Sequence record: MN709127.1
DNA length: 64,000 bases
Direction: 5' to 3' (one strand)
Origin: Escherichia phage Ec_Makalu_002
Positions 1 to 9,671 of the stretch are shown piece by piece (positions within the stretch are counted from its first letter, which is position 1; every line of letters starts with the position of its first letter). The translations under genes were made by a program, and so were the position numbers. Below the pieces are notes generated by a model. The model saw only the letters and a list, made by a program, of their open reading frames with translations. It did no database searches and was not told where the DNA came from.

Positions 1-9
1 TATCACCTC

Positions 10-2118
10 TTAAAATTTAACATTCTTAACCAGTTTCATAAAGTCTTGTGCGCGTTTGTCGTTATGCAGAATACGATACCAGTTATCTACAATATCATAC
101 AGTAACGGGCTATTCTCTTTAAACTTCGCACAAACTGCTTTAATTCGTTCGTTTGCTGCCGTGAATTTTTCATCACAGATCTTTTTAGTTTCTTCGTCCA
201 TAATCCAACGAGTACGAAGGAGTAACTTGGAAACCTCTTTATTATAATGACGACCATAGAGTCTGTCAATAAATTCTGGAATACAGCGTTCTAATTCATC
301 GTCATGAAACAACATAGTGATCACGCCCAGATATTCGCCATACCCCAGATGATTGGTCTTAACCTTCTTAGCCAGACCAGCCAGCTTACCGCGAACAAAG
401 TCTAATGCGCATTCTAGCTGTTCGTCAACGAGATATTTTTGTGTCTCGTTTCGGGTAATAATATACTTTGTTACCCCGAAGTAGTCAAGCGCCGTGTGTA
501 ATGTATTTTCATTATAGATCGATTGACGGCTACGGCTTTCGAATGCATCACCCACGCGGAACATGTGCAAGCCTGATAACTCGCGAATCTCTGCCGCCTT
601 CATGTGATAGCTGGTTTTATGCCAACTGTCACCAATCTTTTCCATGATATACACGTTAGGCAGCTTAGGAGTAGCTTCACGCTGTGCACGTTCGGTCTTC
701 TCCGGCTTAACTGCTTTAGCACGCAGGTCATCGGCCTCGGATACCTTAATCACGGTCATTTCCGATTCATCATAATACTGTTTGATGTACTCGAAAGTCT
801 CCATGTGTTTTTCGTTGCTCTGACGGAACACCAGTACCTTTTTATTGATGCCGTATTCCTGGACCATGCCGTTAAGAGTCAGTGCACGCAGTTTCGGTTT
901 ATCCGTATCATCAATTACACATAGAATATCTTCTTTATGCATCCATACAAAGTGCGTAATGTTGTATTGACTGCTAACGAAAGCAGGGCGCAATTTGCTG
1001 ATTGTGTGTCGAGTACGATACAGAGTATACACTTGACCTTCCACGTCATTAGGCGAATCTTTACCAGCATTCACAAACTTATTATAGATTGCTACCGGAT
1101 CATCCCACTGTCCGATCTTACCCATCTTGCTAATAATATTGCGTTGAGTCGATGAATACTCGCTCATAAATTGAGCAAGTTTACGCTCTGTTTCAATGCT
1201 GGCGATCTTTTCTTTAACCTTTTCCAACATCATTTCATTGATTTCTGCAATACGTTTTTCGATGTTCGCTTTAGTCTCAATTGACAAGTGAACTTCTTCG
1301 CGCGATGGCATCAGGTCCAGATCACCCAACTCAAAATTAATGTAAATTGTCTGGTGCTGGCGGTTTACAGCTTCTAACCATGTTCCGCGAACATATTCAT
1401 ACGGGATCGGATACTGGATCTTACCCATGATTGCATATACCACGTAGGAATCGTTATCACGCCCATTGCAAACATAATAATTGTCAAAGCTAGGGAAATA
1501 ATTAATTTCGATTGCGTTGATATTCGGTTTATGTTCCCCAAAATGACGCAGTACAAATTGTGCTTCTCGATGCCATGTCTGAATATCTTTCTCTTTCACC
1601 GGAATAGTGATTTTCAGACCATTGTCTTCATAGGTTGGTTCGTCGAAAATCTGCACCATTTTCGGCATAGAGTTTTGCACGAATGCAGTAAAGCCATAAG
1701 CGCGACCATTGTAATAGTTCACGATTGTAAAGGTGTCGGTGTAGCTATAAGCAGACTTCGCACCCAAACCAAAAGATCCGATATAGTCATTAGTCTGGTC
1801 TTTGGTTGATTCAAAGTAAACCGTAAACAGTTGTTCTAATTCTTTCTTAGATGGAATACCCGTACCATAATCACGTACAGAGAAATACGGTTCGATTGCA
1901 GTTGGTAAATGAATATCAAACGGACGATCTAAGGTTCCCGCTTCTTTGTGAGTGTCGGTAGCATTGCACGAATACTCACGGACGCAAGCACGCTCACAAT
2001 ATTGATAGGTATTCTTAGAAAGCACCATAAAAGCCTTGCTACTTGCTTTCAGTGAAAAATCAACCGCACCGCTCAGGTCACTGCCAAATACTTCTTCATT
2101 ATCAATATGCATTTTCAT
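10..2118 (-). CDS. rIIA: rIIA protein (GHKL-type ATPase-like N-terminus)
   Basis: 702-aa ORF; HATPase-like motifs DYGTGIP and GSFGLGAKSAYSY; first gene on complement strand as in T4; SD GAGGA before ATG at 2118. Confidence 0.8.
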   Translation of the reverse strand: MKMHIDNEEVFGSDLSGAVDFSLKASSKAFMVLSKNTYQYCERACVREYSCNATDTHKEAGTLDRPFDIHLPTAIEPYFSVRDYGTGIPSKKELEQLFTVYFESTKDQTNDYIGSFGLGAKSAYSYTDTFTIVNYYNGRAYGFTAFVQNSMPKMVQIFDEPTYEDNGLKITIPVKEKDIQTWHREAQFVLRHFGEHKPNINAIEINYFPSFDNYYVCNGRDNDSYVVYAIMGKIQYPIPYEYVRGTWLEAVNRQHQTIYINFELGDLDLMPSREEVHLSIETKANIEKRIAEINEMMLEKVKEKIASIETERKLAQFMSEYSSTQRNIISKMGKIGQWDDPVAIYNKFVNAGKDSPNDVEGQVYTLYRTRHTISKLRPAFVSSQYNITHFVWMHKEDILCVIDDTDKPKLRALTLNGMVQEYGINKKVLVFRQSNEKHMETFEYIKQYYDESEMTVIKVSEADDLRAKAVKPEKTERAQREATPKLPNVYIMEKIGDSWHKTSYHMKAAEIRELSGLHMFRVGDAFESRSRQSIYNENTLHTALDYFGVTKYIITRNETQKYLVDEQLECALDFVRGKLAGLAKKVKTNHLGYGEYLGVITMLFHDDELERCIPEFIDRLYGRHYNKEVSKLLLRTRWIMDEETKKICDEKFTAANERIKAVCAKFKENSPLLYDIVDNWYRILHNDKRAQDFMKLVKNVKF

Positions 2119-2132
2119 AATATAATCCTCAC

Positions 2133-2390
2133 TTAATTAAAATCTTCTTTGTCCATCTCTGCGTAGATTACATCCCACGCCCATAAATCAATAAACGCAT
2201 TATATGTCACGGTGCAATTATTGTCAATCACTTCTTTCGCATATTTCTTGATGTTTTCGTAGGAAACTTGCGGATCAATTTTGTTCTTCCGAAGGTGAAG
2301 ATATTCATACCTCAAACATTCCATAAACAGGTCCATCGATTTCTTGTCTCGATGATACTTGGCGAACATAAAATCAAAACTTCTATTCAT
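2133..2390 (-). CDS. hypothetical protein (rIIA.1 position)
   Basis: 85-aa minus-strand ORF tiled directly upstream of rIIA. Confidence 0.5.
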   Translation of the reverse strand: MNRSFDFMFAKYHRDKKSMDLFMECLRYEYLHLRKNKIDPQVSYENIKKYAKEVIDNNCTVTYNAFIDLWAWDVIYAEMDKEDFN

Positions 2391-2400
2391 TTTCTACTCC

Positions 2401-2595
2401 TTACACATTTTCAATCACCCATTGCAGATGGGCTTCTGCGTCAACCAATTCAGCGCGGCTTTTATCTAAGCACTTGCTGTATTCTTTACGTTCCCAATCA
2501 GCAATTTCGTTTTTCAGGACTTCTTCATAGTAAGCAATTACGCCTTTCAGATCGGAAACTTTACGGCTTGCCAGTTCGATGTAATGGTTACGCAT
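2401..2595 (-). CDS. hypothetical protein
   Basis: 64-aa minus-strand ORF in tandem tiling. Confidence 0.45.
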   Translation of the reverse strand: MRNHYIELASRKVSDLKGVIAYYEEVLKNEIADWERKEYSKCLDKSRAELVDAEAHLQWVIENV

Positions 2596-2782
2596 TTTGA
2601 TTCTCCTTTGTTACTAGATAACGAATTTGGTCTTGCATTGCAATCAGTTCCCAGCGTGCTACTTTCATCAAGGAAACTGCCTCTTTGAACATAATATTAG
2701 CCTTTTCCTTCTCTCCTGTCAAGTAGATTTCTGCAATTTTTTCACAAAATTTTTGAGTTTCTTCATTCTTAAACGGTTTCAT
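2588..2782 (-). CDS. hypothetical protein
   Basis: ORF track gives 2588..2791 with TTG start; first ATG at 2782 (MKPFKNEE...), downstream of promoter cassette. Confidence 0.45.
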   Translation of the reverse strand: MKPFKNEETQKFCEKIAEIYLTGEKEKANIMFKEAVSLMKVARWELIAMQDQIRYLVTKENQNA

Positions 2783-2812
2783 ATAAGTCAACCTTTTGTT
2801 TTCGATGGGGAT

Positions 2813-2841
2813 ATTATGCTATATCCCCGATCCAGCGTCAA
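2813..2841 (-). promoter_or_regulatory. sigma70-like early promoter cassette (TTGACG-N17-CATAAT) with hairpin GGGGATAT/ATATCCCC
   Basis: read on minus strand; followed by CATCGAAAAC box and SD. Confidence 0.5.
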
Positions 2842-2848
2842 CAACTTT

Positions 2849-3148
2849 TTAATCTTTTTTCAGTGCATCCATTACTCGCTCTGCAATCAGTTCTCTTAAG
2901 CACTGATAACCATGATATTTGATAGCAATGTCACGCAGATCATTAACCAGTTCCCGTACTTCATGGTCTTTCAAATCGTCTCTGTATTTCGATTTAACCG
3001 TGTCTTTAGGTGGATTGCGGATAACCTGAAAACCTTGTTCTGCAATCACTGCGGCTTCTCGCTGACGTTCATGCTGTACTGTATTTTTGATCAGGTCTGC
3101 TTCCATGAACTTTGCCATGCTCATCATCATGTTATTCTTTTTGCTCAT
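2849..3148 (-). CDS. hypothetical protein
   Basis: ORF track 2849..3184, but a promoter cassette lies inside its 5' end; internal ATG 3148 (MSKKNN...) has SD GAGGA. Confidence 0.45.
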   Translation of the reverse strand: MSKKNNMMMSMAKFMEADLIKNTVQHERQREAAVIAEQGFQVIRNPPKDTVKSKYRDDLKDHEVRELVNDLRDIAIKYHGYQCLRELIAERVMDALKKD

Positions 3149-3182
3149 TATTAAATCCTCATAAAAGAAAAGGGAGACTCCC

Positions 3183-3210
3183 ATTATAGAGAATCTCCCT
3201 TGTATGTCAA
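3183..3210 (-). promoter_or_regulatory. sigma70-like promoter (TTGACA-N16-TATAAT) overlapping palindrome GGGAGACTCCC
   Basis: minus-strand reading immediately downstream of topoisomerase stop. Confidence 0.5.
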
Positions 3211-3216
3211 GTGTTT

Positions 3217-5040
3217 TTAGCTACACATCCACTCTTTACGGCGGTCTGAATCTTCGCTATAGAGCAAATCGAATAGCTCTTTATAGTTTTCCGGTAACGT
3301 GATGATCTCCATGACAGGATCATTGATCACGCGATGATAATCTGATTCTGTAAGCGATGCTAACCCTTTGATATATCGAATGTTATAACCTTTGATATTA
3401 TCTCGGTCGTTCTCGAAATCTTCTAGGTCATAATACCATCGAACATCATCACCTTTCTTTGGTTCTGCAATGATAATAGGCGTTTTGATAAACCGGATTC
3501 GTCCATCTTCGAACAATTCAGGCCAACGTGCAAAGAAAGAGATCAGACTAGGCTTAATAGATCCGATCCCGTCAGTATCCGCGTCAGTCATAATCGCAAT
3601 ATTTTTGTATTGCATAACTTCCAATGCATCAACACCAAATTGCAAGCCAGTGATCGCCATGATGTTAAAAATTTCGGCATTCTTAACGATCTTTGCCTCC
3701 GGTTGTTCCCACGTTGTAAGAGTTTTACCTCGCAACGGGAAACCTCCATGTAAATCTTGATCACGTACAGAGATCAGATAGTTGATCGCGGAGTCACCCT
3801 CCGTCAGAAACAGGGTAGTTTCTGCGTCAGTTCCAATAAGGTTAGCTTTAACGTGTTTTGCTACCTTAGCCCGTTTTGCTGCCTTTGCTGCCTTAGTCGC
3901 TGCCGCTTTATCTGCTGCCTCTTTGCGTGCCAGGACTACAGCAATAATAGGCATGATAATGTTTTCTTTCTTAGCAATGACCTTAGCCAGCTTTTTAAAA
4001 TCAAGATCAATGTGACGCTTGATATCACCAGTCGGGTTAGTCAATCGCTCTTTTGTCTGTGAATCAAAGCGCAGGTTAGGCAATTCACGAACAATAAGAA
4101 TACAGGTCAAACCAGACTTAACCGCAGCTTTAGTAACATCAACCTTATATTCTTTCTTGATTCGTTTTACAATCTCTTCACAAAGATCATCTGTCACATA
4201 GTCTACGTGTGTTCCCCCGTTTTTGGTAAACAGACCATTAGCAAAGGATACAGATTTAAAACCTTCACCCTCAACCGCAGGAACTAGGGCAAGTGAAAAG
4301 TTTTTATCTTCAATGACAAACGGATCATCATTATAGAGTTTAGCATAGTCCTTGAACTTGCTAACAATACGTTTACCATTAAACTTAAACGTGATCTTAG
4401 GAAAGATTACGCTCAATGATTGCAGACGATCATGAACGATATCTAAAACAGAGTTGTCCATCATATAGCCTTCGAAGTGATCGAAGTCTGGACAAAATGT
4501 AACCTTTGTTCCTTTTAATTTTGATGGTTTTGATGACCATGTGATATTTTCAGCACCGTTGGTACATTGAACGGTCATTTCTGTTTCACCGTCACAGGTT
4601 ACACCAGTAAACCAATCGCTAAAGAAATTTGACAACGAAGATCCTACGCCGTTCATCCCTTGCGTTAATCGATTGGTATCATCAAAGTTAGATCCGGCTT
4701 TTGTTCTTGTCCATGCGGCGACTGGTTGCGGAATCTGCGTACCCTCTGGGGTAGTGACCATATGTTGAGGAATACCGCGACCATTGTCTGTTACCGTAAC
4801 AATATTGTTTTGGATATCGACGCTAATCACATTGGCAAATTCAAAATTAGTGCGGATCGCCTCATCTACAGAGTTGTCGATGATCTCATCAATGATTTTA
4901 ACCAGTCCAGGAACGTATGAAATTTTTGTCCACTTACCGAACAGGAAACGTTGATGTTCTTCGTAAGTAGTTGATCCTATGTACATTCCTGCACGCTTAA
5001 GGACATGTTCACGATCCGATAAAATGCGGAACTCACTCAT
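3217..5040 (-). CDS. 39: DNA topoisomerase II large subunit, gp39 with gp60 portion fused (GyrB-like)
   Basis: 607 aa; N-terminus MSEF..ILSD.EHV.KR.GMYIGS and DNGRGIP match T4 gp39 from memory; single continuous ORF. Confidence 0.85.
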   Translation of the reverse strand: MSEFRILSDREHVLKRAGMYIGSTTYEEHQRFLFGKWTKISYVPGLVKIIDEIIDNSVDEAIRTNFEFANVISVDIQNNIVTVTDNGRGIPQHMVTTPEGTQIPQPVAAWTRTKAGSNFDDTNRLTQGMNGVGSSLSNFFSDWFTGVTCDGETEMTVQCTNGAENITWSSKPSKLKGTKVTFCPDFDHFEGYMMDNSVLDIVHDRLQSLSVIFPKITFKFNGKRIVSKFKDYAKLYNDDPFVIEDKNFSLALVPAVEGEGFKSVSFANGLFTKNGGTHVDYVTDDLCEEIVKRIKKEYKVDVTKAAVKSGLTCILIVRELPNLRFDSQTKERLTNPTGDIKRHIDLDFKKLAKVIAKKENIIMPIIAVVLARKEAADKAAATKAAKAAKRAKVAKHVKANLIGTDAETTLFLTEGDSAINYLISVRDQDLHGGFPLRGKTLTTWEQPEAKIVKNAEIFNIMAITGLQFGVDALEVMQYKNIAIMTDADTDGIGSIKPSLISFFARWPELFEDGRIRFIKTPIIIAEPKKGDDVRWYYDLEDFENDRDNIKGYNIRYIKGLASLTESDYHRVINDPVMEIITLPENYKELFDLLYSEDSDRRKEWMCS

Positions 5041-5139
5041 TATTAAACCTCTTCATAACATAACCATAACTTACTGCAACCGCCACAAAGACGGCTGCAA
5101 CAATCATATTAAAAATTGAGTGATTGTCAAGTATATGAC

Positions 5140-5313
5140 TCATGACACGCGCACATTTTTATCGTAATACCCGCCATTAATACCGCGCGGGGCAGTTAAT
5201 CCCTGTTTACATTCTTTCCCACATTCAGGACATTCTGCCTTTTCACGCTCGGAAATTTTGCGGATTTTCTGGAATTGACCGTGTTCTTCACAAGAATAAT
5301 CGTATAATGGCAT
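5140..5313 (-). CDS. FmdB-family zinc-ribbon protein
   Basis: MPLYDYSCEEHG...CPECGKEC; paired CxxC motifs; start set at internal ATG 5313. Confidence 0.6.
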   Translation of the reverse strand: MPLYDYSCEEHGQFQKIRKISEREKAECPECGKECKQGLTAPRGINGGYYDKNVRVS

Positions 5314-5314
5314 A

Positions 5315-5983
5315 TTATCCCCTTTGTTTCTTAACTGAATTTGGATCTGGATTTTCTGGCAAGTCTTCCAGACCCATAGCATAACGTTGTGCATAGATTA
5401 GCATAAGAATATCGCGAGCGCAATCATGAATTGCATCATGTGCGATGAATCCGTCTAATGTACCCATTGGTAGCGGACACTCACACATACCACGATGCAT
5501 TAATGTGCGCTCAATGGCGGTGCGAACATCTCGGATGTTCCAGAATCGCACAGGTTCAAGATTAAACGTCTCGCGGGTATTATGAGCACGTCGAATCATA
5601 TCAACTAGTAACGGAATATCAAACGCATTACCGCGTGACCACATTACGGATTTAACCGGATCTACTCCTACGGATTCACAGAATGCGTTAAAACGCGCTA
5701 AACCTTCTTTGGTTGATACTTCCGTCCCATTTGTGATTAATTGCTTTCTCATGCCTTCTGAGGCGGTATTCTTCCACCATTCAACCACACCATGATCAAA
5801 GATCCTTACACCTTTCTGGGAAGGAATATCAAATTTTACCAGAAAGGAATTATCAACCAGTTCTTTAAATGTCGGTGGATTGTGTGGGTCTTCTTTAAAT
5901 CCGATTGCCGCCATATTGATTACCGCCCCATCAGGCGGATAACCTAAACTTTCAAAGTCAATCATTAAATCCACTGGAAGCAT
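5315..5983 (-). CDS. dexA: exonuclease A (DEDD 3'-5' exonuclease)
   Basis: MLPVDLMIDFESLG and FWNIRDVRTAIE resemble T4 DexA; start at internal ATG 5983. Confidence 0.8.
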   Translation of the reverse strand: MLPVDLMIDFESLGYPPDGAVINMAAIGFKEDPHNPPTFKELVDNSFLVKFDIPSQKGVRIFDHGVVEWWKNTASEGMRKQLITNGTEVSTKEGLARFNAFCESVGVDPVKSVMWSRGNAFDIPLLVDMIRRAHNTRETFNLEPVRFWNIRDVRTAIERTLMHRGMCECPLPMGTLDGFIAHDAIHDCARDILMLIYAQRYAMGLEDLPENPDPNSVKKQRG

Positions 5984-5984
5984 T

Positions 5985-6227
5985 TTAAATATCCTCCGCG
6001 ATGTGCCGGAACAACTCAAGATCGTTTTTGTCCAGAATGAAACCGCTACAATCAATAATTCCTTTACCGTAATTATCGGTTAACAGTCGGTCCGTTGCCA
6101 TGTATGCGCATACCTTGTTGTTAAAATTCATTACATGTTGTGCATAGTCACAATGAATCTTTTGACGGTTCCACGCGACAATTGATTCAAGATGAATTAC
6201 CTTAGAGATATCGTTAATAACAACCAT
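5985..6227 (-). CDS. hypothetical protein
   Basis: 80-aa ORF; its start codon and RBS lie inside the 58-bp direct repeat. Confidence 0.5.
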   Translation of the reverse strand: MVVINDISKVIHLESIVAWNRQKIHCDYAQHVMNFNNKVCAYMATDRLLTDNYGKGIIDCSGFILDKNDLELFRHIAEDI

Positions 6228-6281
6228 ATCAAAAACCTCGCTTAGTGAAATATTCGATCATTTTATTGATACATGCAGCTT
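6224..6281. repeat. 58-bp direct repeat, copy 1 (57/58 identical to 6401..6458)
   Basis: ccatatcaaaaacctcgcttagtgaaatattcgatcattttattgatacat... read directly in both places. Confidence 0.9.
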
Positions 6282-6404
6282 GGTAGTCACGAGATTTTTT
6301 GACGAATTAAGAGCTACAGCCAAAAAGTCCTGTAATTGTTCGTTTGTCATTTTTGGCTTACGACGCGTATCTAAACTCTTCTTTCTTCTAACTTTATTAG
6401 CCAT
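6258..6404 (-). CDS. hypothetical small basic protein (48 aa)
   Basis: MANKVRRKKSLDTRRKPK...; ORF bounded by the two repeat copies; below the 60-aa ORF-track cutoff. Confidence 0.3.
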   Translation of the reverse strand: MANKVRRKKSLDTRRKPKMTNEQLQDFLAVALNSSKNLVTTKLHVSIK

Positions 6405-6458
6405 ATCAAAAACCTCGCTTAGTGAAATATTCGATCATTTTATTGATACATTCAGCTT
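6401..6458. repeat. 58-bp direct repeat, copy 2
   Basis: see copy 1. Confidence 0.9.
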
Positions 6459-6573
6459 CACTGTCGCCGGACACGTTCCATCCATAATAACCCCAACAAA
6501 AACACATGGTAACAGTTCCATTGTGACGGCGTACCGTCACTTCGTCAAATTCGGGGATATTTCGCATAATCAT
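6406..6573 (-). CDS. hypothetical small protein (55 aa)
   Basis: MIMRNIPEFDE...; SD GAGGAAA overlaps dda stop; below ORF-track cutoff. Confidence 0.35.
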   Translation of the reverse strand: MIMRNIPEFDEVTVRRHNGTVTMCFCWGYYGWNVSGDSEAECINKMIEYFTKRGF

Positions 6574-6583
6574 AATAGTTTCC

Positions 6584-7975
6584 TCAAATATAGTCTACCC
6601 GATAACGTGCACGGGTAACACCCACATATAATAACTGCATTGCCAGTTCAAAGTCAACATTATCTGTACACATGCAAGGAGTATACAGGAACACGCGGTC
6701 TACGCTGATCCCTTGTGACTTATGAATAGTGCAAGCTGGTAATGCTTTTACATTCAGGAACATACGTTTCATCGTCCAGAAAGAATCCCAATCTGGTTTA
6801 AAGTTTGGATTCTCTTTCTTCATTTCGCGATATTGTCCGGCGACCGTATTCAGGTAGATAGAGAAAATGTTCTTCTGTCGTTGTTCTGTCAGAATATTGA
6901 TTTCTACTAAATCCGGTTTGTCGGTAGTGATTCCGACTGCATCTAAACCAACTTTCTGATTCAGGATCTCTTTGTCTTCGTCATTATCTACGCTTTCTAC
7001 TTTAAGAGTATAGCCTAAAACTGGTTGCGGATCTACCCCCGTGCAACGTAATGTAAATTCGCGCGGTATAACCTCTTTAACTCGGATCATCTCACCGTTG
7101 TTAAAAATCACATTAGGAATCTTCTTCCCGCGTTCATCTCGCAGATATTCGATCAACGGTTCCTGAGTAACCAGAATTTCATCTACAATGACCGGATCTT
7201 CTGTATTGTAAATGCGCTTACGCACAATTTCATTGAGTTTTTCGACACTCTTATTAGTGTAAGCCAGAATACGGTTTTCTAACAGGTCTTCCGGCGTTTT
7301 AACTGCTTCAAAATAACGAGTCATAAACTCCGGCAGAGTTGAGCTATGGAATACACCCTCGTTACCGCACTGCTTTTCGAATACCCATTTACCGTTACGG
7401 ACAGCGGTCGCCACATCAATTATTGGTGCATTAGATCGTTTAATCTCTGTAAGTTCTACATTATGGAACTTTTCATCGGTGAAGAAAGGAGAAATCGACG
7501 TTGCACCGCTCGGATCAACTGGTCGTAACTGGTGCGGATCACCCACGGCAATAATAACAATTCGCCCGTTGATACTCTTCATGAGAATATCAAATAACTT
7601 CTTATCGACCATACTCGCTTCATCAACAATGATGATCTGAACATCATCTAGCTTAGGAGTATCTTTTTGTTCAAATACTTGAGTATCTTCATAGTTGGTC
7701 GGATTAAGACGCAATAAAGCATGTAAAGTAAATGCTTGACGGCCTACCGCCTTACTCAAAACCTTTTTAGCCTGGTGGGTAGGCGTTGCCAAAACCACAC
7801 CAGTTACACCACGGCGGACCATTTCCTGAACAATGAATTTCATCATTGCGGTTTTACCAGTACCCGCCGCACCTCGGACAGTTGTATGCTTCTTTTGTTC
7901 AATGCGTTTCATCAGAACATCGAAAGCATGTTTTTGTCCGTCTGTCAACATATCGAAAGTTAATACTCTGCTCAT
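6584..7975 (-). CDS. dda: Dda DNA helicase (SF1)
   Basis: TFDMLTDGQKHAF..GAAGTGKT..ATPTHQAKK..IIVDEASM closely resembles T4 Dda. Confidence 0.85.
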   Translation of the reverse strand: MSRVLTFDMLTDGQKHAFDVLMKRIEQKKHTTVRGAAGTGKTAMMKFIVQEMVRRGVTGVVLATPTHQAKKVLSKAVGRQAFTLHALLRLNPTNYEDTQVFEQKDTPKLDDVQIIIVDEASMVDKKLFDILMKSINGRIVIIAVGDPHQLRPVDPSGATSISPFFTDEKFHNVELTEIKRSNAPIIDVATAVRNGKWVFEKQCGNEGVFHSSTLPEFMTRYFEAVKTPEDLLENRILAYTNKSVEKLNEIVRKRIYNTEDPVIVDEILVTQEPLIEYLRDERGKKIPNVIFNNGEMIRVKEVIPREFTLRCTGVDPQPVLGYTLKVESVDNDEDKEILNQKVGLDAVGITTDKPDLVEINILTEQRQKNIFSIYLNTVAGQYREMKKENPNFKPDWDSFWTMKRMFLNVKALPACTIHKSQGISVDRVFLYTPCMCTDNVDFELAMQLLYVGVTRARYRVDYI

Positions 7976-8289
7976 TATCCTAAAATCCTCACCTTGCGAA
8001 CACAGATAGTATTGAGTTCTCGTCGTACCCGCTCTTTTTCATAGTCTGGAATTTTGTATTCTACACCATCCCGAACAATTTCAGAAGACCGGATTATACC
8101 AAATTTTCGTTTAGGCACAACCTTGTATTTCGGTTCACCTGCCAATAGACTCTCACAATAATCTATCTGATCACACATTGACGCTAACGCAGCATCATGT
8201 GTTTCGCAAGTTAGGACGCGACCCTTCGCGTCCACTGAGTATTGAAAGAATCCGTCTTTATCACGATAACATACAGCAAATACATGCAT
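7975..8289 (-). CDS. hypothetical protein (dda.1 position)
   Basis: 104-aa ORF; start overlaps upstream stop (TAATG). Confidence 0.5.
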   Translation of the reverse strand: MHVFAVCYRDKDGFFQYSVDAKGRVLTCETHDAALASMCDQIDYCESLLAGEPKYKVVPKRKFGIIRSSEIVRDGVEYKIPDYEKERVRRELNTICVRKVRILG

Positions 8290-9044
8290 TATAAACCTAC
8301 CTTCGCTTTCATCAATTCAATCCACGACGCATCAATCGGAAGCCCGTATTTCACGCGTTCTTTTTGTGCTGGCGTTAAGTTCTCATACTTAGAAAGAGAT
8401 TCAATCAAAACGCTGGTATATTTTAGCACGATTTCGGTATTGTTTGCAATAGCCTTAAGTTTTTCCTCTTTCTTGTTGATTTCGCTAAGGGCTTGCTTGA
8501 GATCTGCAATTTTCTGATAACGTTCTTCCATACGGAAGAGAGTGTTTTTAATTGCTTTCTCTGCTGCCTCGGCTTTCTCCGGTTCATTGTGCTTTTTGTG
8601 GCGTTCTATCGCTAATTTCTTTTCTTCAATAGCCATTTCCTGATTCTTGATGCGACTCTCGTTAAGTTCGATCCATTCGATGTACTTTGCACGCAGGGCG
8701 ATCTCATCATCAGAAAGTTTACCGTTAGTTCCTAGTTCCTGGATCTCTTTAAGAGATTCGATAGTGTGATTACCACGGAATGAATTGTATTTCAGTTTAA
8801 CCGGAATCACATTGCCATCAACATAGCCCAGATTGCAATCAATGCGCTCTAAGGAGAGTCCATCATCACCTTCACCGAACGCCTCACCTGAATATGCGCA
8901 ATGAGTCTGGCGATAGATGTTACGCACAGTGACTAAGCTCATAGAGAAGTCTTTGTTACGACGAGAAGCGCCAGCCATGATAGAGTTCAAACGGAAAACA
9001 ACCAGCGCCAATTCTTCGTTAGATTTAAAAGCAAACATTTTCAT
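8289..9044 (-). CDS. hypothetical protein, coiled-coil C-terminus (Srd position)
   Basis: 251 aa; sits between modA-like and dda as srd does in T4; call is positional only. Confidence 0.45.
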   Translation of the reverse strand: MKMFAFKSNEELALVVFRLNSIMAGASRRNKDFSMSLVTVRNIYRQTHCAYSGEAFGEGDDGLSLERIDCNLGYVDGNVIPVKLKYNSFRGNHTIESLKEIQELGTNGKLSDDEIALRAKYIEWIELNESRIKNQEMAIEEKKLAIERHKKHNEPEKAEAAEKAIKNTLFRMEERYQKIADLKQALSEINKKEEKLKAIANNTEIVLKYTSVLIESLSKYENLTPAQKERVKYGLPIDASWIELMKAKVGL

Positions 9045-9073
9045 AATTGATTCTCCTTAGTTGGTATGTGTTT

Positions 9074-9102
9074 ATTATTGTCTATCTGGTTTGTGCTGTC
9101 AA
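9074..9102 (-). promoter_or_regulatory. sigma70-like promoter (TTGACA-N17-AATAAT)
   Basis: followed by SD TAAGGAGAA and ATG 9044. Confidence 0.5.
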
Positions 9103-9105
9103 CAC

Positions 9106-9609
9106 TTAAATTAAAGAAAATTTGTAAATCTCTATCAGGTCGCCATTGCACGCGTAAACTTCCTCGATCTCATCAAGGATCATGGTCGTCCCTGTCTTGT
9201 ATATGCACTCGCGCTCATCCGCCAACATAGCATACAAAGACAGTCGAGTAGTCGGATTGTCATACTCTTTAGACACCACTCGGTCAATAGCATGTTCGTA
9301 ATAATTCATGCAAGGCTTGGTAGGTTTTATTGCAATAATCTTTCCTGTTGCATAAACATCGGTTGCAAAGTCCTCTGCTGTTGATTGTAGTGGCGTAAAG
9401 CTCATAGGACGCTCTACAACGAAAGAATCCCCTACAATTAAGGTATCCAGCTTACGGCCTTCTCTTTTGCTCACCCCGCGATACAAGGCTTCATGATGCA
9501 CTAACCGCTCAGTCTTTTCGATCAATCCATTAAGGATCGACATATCGATATTTTCTTTAGAGTTCATCACTTCATCAATGATGTTAAGTTCTTCTGGTGT
9601 GAATTGCAT
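9106..9609 (-). CDS. ADP-ribosyltransferase, ModA/ModB-like
   Basis: R-S-E triad candidates (LYRG, QSTAED, ERE); T4 modA position. Confidence 0.5.
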   Translation of the reverse strand: MQFTPEELNIIDEVMNSKENIDMSILNGLIEKTERLVHHEALYRGVSKREGRKLDTLIVGDSFVVERPMSFTPLQSTAEDFATDVYATGKIIAIKPTKPCMNYYEHAIDRVVSKEYDNPTTRLSLYAMLADERECIYKTGTTMILDEIEEVYACNGDLIEIYKFSLI

Positions 9610-9612
9610 AAT

Positions 9613-9642
9613 AAAAAAGCCTCCAATCTTTCGACGGGAGGC
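9613..9642 (-). terminator. hairpin GCCTCC..GGAGGC plus T-run just before the ART start (terminator or attenuator)
   Basis: minus strand GCCTCCCGTCGAAAGATTGGAGGCTTTTTTATT. Confidence 0.4.
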
Positions 9643-9671
9643 ATAATAAAACCATTATAGAGTAGTGTCAA
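9643..9671 (-). promoter_or_regulatory. candidate promoter TTGACA-N17-TATTAT
   Basis: lies upstream of the hairpin/T-run, the reverse of the usual cassette order. Confidence 0.3.

Noticed and set aside
3217-5040. Gene 60-style translational bypass (50-nt hop) in the topoisomerase gene
   Set aside because: The topoisomerase subunit is one uninterrupted 607-aa ORF with gp39 and gp60 portions fused, so no bypass element is needed
5125-5130. TTGACA hexamer just downstream of the Zn-ribbon gene as another promoter cassette
   Set aside because: No acceptable -10 hexamer at 16-18 nt spacing and no hairpin or CATCGAAAC box, so probably fortuitous
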